NCBI GenBank assembly: GCA_002269645.1
Contig: NIVC01000637.1
Span: forward strand, 1 to 64,000
From: Macrostomum lignano
Lineage: Eukaryota
DNA: 64,000 nt
Reading direction: 5' to 3'
The notes under the pieces are model-generated. The model made no database searches, had not been told where the DNA came from, and worked only from the letters and a program-made list of their open reading frames with translations. This document shows positions 59,378 through 64,000 of the stretch, piece by piece; position 1 is the stretch's first letter; every line of letters begins with the position of its first letter. The translations under genes were made by a program, and so were the position numbers.

Positions 59378-62300
59378 AGCTGAGTTCAGGGGCTCTAGAA
59401 GGGCTCCAGTGTGTATTCAGGGGCTCTAGAAGGGCTCCAGTGTGTATTCAGGGGCTCTAGAAGGGCTCCAGTGTGTATTCAGGGGCTCTAGAAGGGCTCC
59501 AGTGTGTATTCAGGGGCTCTAGAAGGGCTCCAGTGTATTCAGGGGCTCTCGAAGGGCTCCAGTGTGTATTCAGGGGCTCTAGAAGGGCTCCAGTGTATTC
59601 AGGGCTCCAGTGTGTATTCAGGGGCTCTAGAAGGGCTCCAGTGTATTCAGGGCTCCAGTGTGTATTCAGGGGCTCTAGAAGGGCTCCAGTGTATTCAGGG
59701 CTCCAGTGTGTATTCAGGGGCTCTAGAAGGGCTCCAGTGTATTCAGGGCTCCAGTGTGTATTCAGGGGCTCTAGAAGGGCTCCAGTCTATTCAGGGTGTT
59801 CGAAAAAGGAAAACACAGATCTACCAACCGCTTTAATGTGTTTTTTAAAGCGAGGTTTCGGCCCCGGATACCGCAAGCCAGGGATTATGTGAAGTTTAAC
59901 ACCCGAGCCTCCCTCCATCGCATTGTCAAGTTCATCCATCATCAAATTCGACATTTGGTGCCCGCAAGACCAACTGCGCAATGGACGGCAATAAAAATTC
60001 CAATCCCACCAAAACTGACTCAGGATGCAGCGGCAATCAGACTCATCTGCTATATCCTTAATCCGTTCCAGACTCCTAAGACTTGTCAGAATAAGGAATT
60101 TCCGGTTCCTGATGGATACTCAAGCCAGCCGTATCACCTTCAGAGCCTTCTCAGTCGGCTCTGAACTCCAACTGATGAGGGGCCCCTGAGACCCTCGACA
60201 GCTGAGAAGATTCTGGATAAGAAATTCAGTTCGGAACTCATTCGGTAATGAATGAAGTGATGAAGAGGAGTACAGAACCGTGAGAACCTCTGAAGCATCT
60301 GCGTTTTGGCACCTCTGACACCCAGATTGGCACCTCTGACACTTAGATTGGCACCTCTGACACAGATTGGCACCTCTGACACCAGATTGGCACCTCTGAC
60401 ACCCAGATTGGCACCTCTGACACCCAGATTGGCGCCTCCTGACACCCAGATTGGCACTTCTGACACACAGATTGGCACCCCTTCAACGCCATATTTAGAA
60501 GTTTTGAGGTAATTTTTAACCCAAATAAATCGCTTGACCAGAAACTACTATACCAATCCACTGTACCAAGGACTACTAGACTAATCCACTGAACCAGGGA
60601 CTACTAGACAAATCCACTGAACCAAGGACTGCTAGACTAATCCACAGGACCAAGGACTACTAGACTAATCCACTCAAGGACTGCTAGACTAACCCACAGG
60701 ACCAAGGACTACTAGACTAATCCACTCAAGGACTGCTAGACTAACCCACAGGACCAAGGACTGCTAGACAAATCCACTGAACCAGGGACTACTAGACAAA
60801 TCCACTGAACCAAGGACTGCTAGACAAATCCACTGAACCAAGGACTGCTAGACTAATCCAGTGGACCAAGGACTACTAGACTAAGCATTCCTCAAAGTTG
60901 ATTCCATGCACCATGAGATCTACATTAAGTTTGTAGGACGCGAAGAAAATAGGTCAGATATGATAAATTTTTGCAAAACATCTTCACCATCCTACTATCA
61001 GTAGAAAAACAGGCTTAAATGAGTAAATTATAAATTATTATGAGAACGACAGCCCGCCACGGGGTGGCCATACAATCGATTAATAATGGATTCCGGTGAA
61101 GCTGGGGAACTCAATGCAACTTAAGCTGATGGGGCGCAGAGTATGAATGCTGAGAATTGATGCTGAAGAGCTCGAGCTAGTACTCCAGCAGCGAGGGACT
61201 TCTCCAGCGGTAATAAAATCAATCAGCGAAGCCTCCCGCTGTTCCCCTGCTCAGCTCAGCTGCTCAACTCTTCTCGCTCTCTATTCGCCCATTCGCCCAG
61301 CAGTCCGGGGTCCAATCCGCCTGCCGCGCCCTGGAGCCCCAGCCTCTTCGCTGCATCTCGGCACATCTAAAGCACTGTTTAAGAGCACCTTGGCTGCCCG
61401 TGGCTTCTTCTTTGAGTCTCAGCCCTCCCATTTTTTGCAGCACATCTTGGCTTTTAGGAGATTGATTGTAACTGCGCTTGGCGCCTCTTTGGCCAAGACA
61501 ACTTCTGTTCCACAGCTCAATCCATCCACGTTTCAGTCCTTCAGCCCTTCAGCCCTTAAGCTTTTGAACCTTCAACACCCAGCAGCCGCATGGGTTCGGC
61601 GGCCAGCCGCGCGCTGCTCGACTGCTGCCCGACCGGCGCCCTCGCCACCTTTGCCGAATTCGCTGGCCGCTTCCGCCGGTCGGACGCGCGGCGCCGCTGG
61701 GGAGGCGGAGGTCGCAGCGGGGGCAGCGCCGGAAGCGGCCGCGTCTCCAGGGGCAGCTGCTGCTCCGCCGCGGCGCTCGCCGCCGACGGCCACCGAAGCG
61801 GCGCCGGCGAGGCTGGAGACGACGACAAATTCGTGCCACTGAAGGCCGCCAAGGCGAGCGGCGGTGCGTTGGGGATGAGGAGGGAAACTGGTCACGTGAC
61901 TGCCGACCCGGGAGACCGTTTATGATCTCTGAGAGAAGTTGAAAGAGTTCAGAGACAAGTTAAGCAGAGTTGGTCGCGGTTAGTAAGCAGACACGAGAGT
62001 CCACCTATGCAGGGACATAAGAGTCCACTTATGCAGGGACATGAGAGTCCACCTATGCAGGGACATGAGAGTCCACCTATGCAGGGACATGAGAGTCCAC
62101 CTATGCAGGGACATGAGAGTCCACCTATGCAGGGACATGAGAGTCCATTCGCAGGCGGGGCAGAGCGGTCCAGACCCCGCAGCAGGATTAACGCCAGCTG
62201 TTTAACCGCTAGAGGGCTGCGGCAGTCCTGCAGTTTTCGGAGGTGTTCCCCGGCCCTGAAGCCGCTGCTCAGGCCTTGTCGGGGCGGCTCCCCTTTCCTG

Positions 62301-64000
62301 ACTCCCCAGCTGAGCTGAGCCCCACCTGGCCGGCATTGCCGCATTCATCTGCCGGCTCTGAGCTCCACTTTCTCCTGAGCAGCCTCAGCTTCTCAATTAA
62401 TTCCCGCTCCCGCCAGCTTCCTGCCTGCCCGCCGCCAATCTTTCACCGTCAGCCGCGCACCTCCGGCCCGGGCGGCCCCGCAGTGCGTGAAGCGTCTTGG
62501 CGGAGCGGAGTCCCAGCCGCATGGCTGAGCCGAAATCCCCTGGGAGTCTCTGTAGGGAAGCGGGGGGTTGGGATTTATATTTTTCGGCCGCTGGAACCGG
62601 GAGCGGCTTGCTGATGAGGGGCCGCCTCTGCACAAAAATATCCTCCTTGTCTGCTCGAAACTCGCGGCGGCTGCCTGAGCTGCCTGACTAACGAACTCGG
62701 GGGGGGGGGCGCTGAGAGGGAGCCGATGGAAGCCTAGCAAGCAAAAAGTCCTCAGGGAGCGAGCGCAGGAGGGAGGGGAAACTACGGGGAAAACTTCTAG
62801 AGCAGGGCAGTCGGGAGCAGATATTGCTGGTCAGGGAGTAGCGAACCAGCAGGTGGCGGGCGCGGGGCTCCCAGGCCGCGAGGGCGGGGCAGACGGCCTG
62901 ATCAGGGAGGCTTGCGGAGTCCCCTGGAGGAGAATCCGAGTCTCCCAGCGGCTTTTGCAGAGGAGAAACTCAGCCCGCAAGTCGCTGCCCTCTCACCGGC
63001 TCTCGCGAGTCTCCACATCTGCAGACTAAGTTCCGGACTAAATGACGTCAGGCACTTTGGGAAGCCCCACTCGCACAGACTCCGCCCGCCATCCGCAGGC
63101 CCGGCGCGAGCAGCAGTGGGCGGCAGTCGGCAGCCCGCGGGCGGCTACACGAACTACGGAGCGACTGACGCAGGGGAGCCGCCGGAGCCCGCTCGCAAAG
63201 AGGCGGCCGAGGAGCTGGCGGCCAAGTCTTTGTCACGAAAGTGTGAGCCGTTTTGATGAAGCTGAAATAGAGTGGCGATTGCTCAGCACCTGACTTGATT
63301 TGGCACCGACTGGATTGACCTCGACCCGAATTGACCTTGACCCGAATTGACCTCAACCCGAATTTACCTCGACCCCAATTGACCTCGACCCGAATTGACC
63401 TTGACCCGAATTGACCTCGACCCGAATTGACCTCGACCCAATTGACATCGACCCAATTGACCTCGACCCCAGTTGACATCGACCCGAATTGACCTCGACC
63501 AGAGTTGACCTCGACCCGAATTAACCTCGACCTGAATTGACCTCGACCCGAATTGAACTCGACCCGAATTAACCTCGACCCGAATTGACCTCGACCAGAG
63601 TTGACCTCGACCTGAATTGACCTCGACCTGAATTGACCTCGAGCCGAATTGACCTCGACCAGAGTTGACCTCGACCTGAATTGACCTCGACCTGAATTGA
63701 CCTCGAGCCGAATTGACCTCGACCAGAGTTGACCTCGACCTGAATTGACCTCGACCTAATTGACCTCGACCCCAGTTGACCTCGACCCGAATTGACCTCG
63801 ACCAGAGTTGACCTCGACCCGAATTGACCTCGACCTGAATTGAACTCGACCCGAATTGAACTCGACCCGAATTAACCTCGACCCGAATTGACCTCGACCA
63901 GAGTTGACCTCGACCTGAATTGACCTCGACCCGAATTGACCTCGATCCGAATCGACCTCGACCCCAATTGACCTCGACCCAATTGACCTCGACCCGAATT
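59378..64000. repeat. Minisatellites at 59378-59795, 60305-60480, 60560-60885, 61993-62148 (24-bp) and 63305-64000 (AATTGACCTCGACCCG)
   Basis: Direct tandem copies; the last array runs off the window end. Confidence 0.92.
61590..63242 (+). CDS. Tentative 5' exons of an unidentified gene continuing beyond the window
   Basis: Exon 61590-61863 (MGSAASRALLDCC..., donor GTGCGT, phase 1) joins in frame to 63099-63242 (acceptor CATCCGCAG; ...GGYTNYGATDAGEPPEPARKEAAEELAAKSLSRK; donor GTGAGC). No family motif recognised. Confidence 0.4.

Overview
Eukaryotic (metazoan) genomic DNA, most likely from a flatworm such as Macrostomum. That assignment is an inference from GC-rich exons, minisatellite-filled introns, a YMRFamide precursor and two ORFs that lack an ATG and begin at splice acceptors. 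Hand-spliced genes: (1) a tolloid/BMP1-like metalloprotease (+, 1190-12657; the 5' exons were not found and probably lie upstream of the window; astacin-CUB-CUB-EGF-CUB-EGF-CUB-CUB); (2) a heparan sulfate 6-O-sulfotransferase (-, 20107-18392); (3) an ARL5-type small GTPase (+, 25667-26200); (4) a single-exon secreted coiled-coil protein ending in a degenerate conodipine/PLA2-like domain (+, 34265-35173); (5) an Rh-family ammonia transporter (+, 48022-53427, 8 exons); (6) an FMRFamide-like precursor with 10 YMRFamide copies (-, 58763-57916); (7) a tentative gene start at 61590. A large fraction of the window is tandem repeat, and almost all long ORFs in the supplied track are repeat artefacts. 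Top lead: HS6ST and ARL5 point away from each other across a 5.5 kb AT-rich island, and both reading frames start in phase 0 right after a 3' splice site with no usable ATG. This is what would be expected if the AUG-terminated flatworm spliced leader supplies the start codon, and it would rebuild the Met-Gly myristoylation motif of ARL5. Other leads: tandem repeats that copy the splice sites themselves, complementary repeats flanking an Rh exon, recurring RFX X-box palindromes, and small TIR elements, one with a clean 8-bp target-site duplication.
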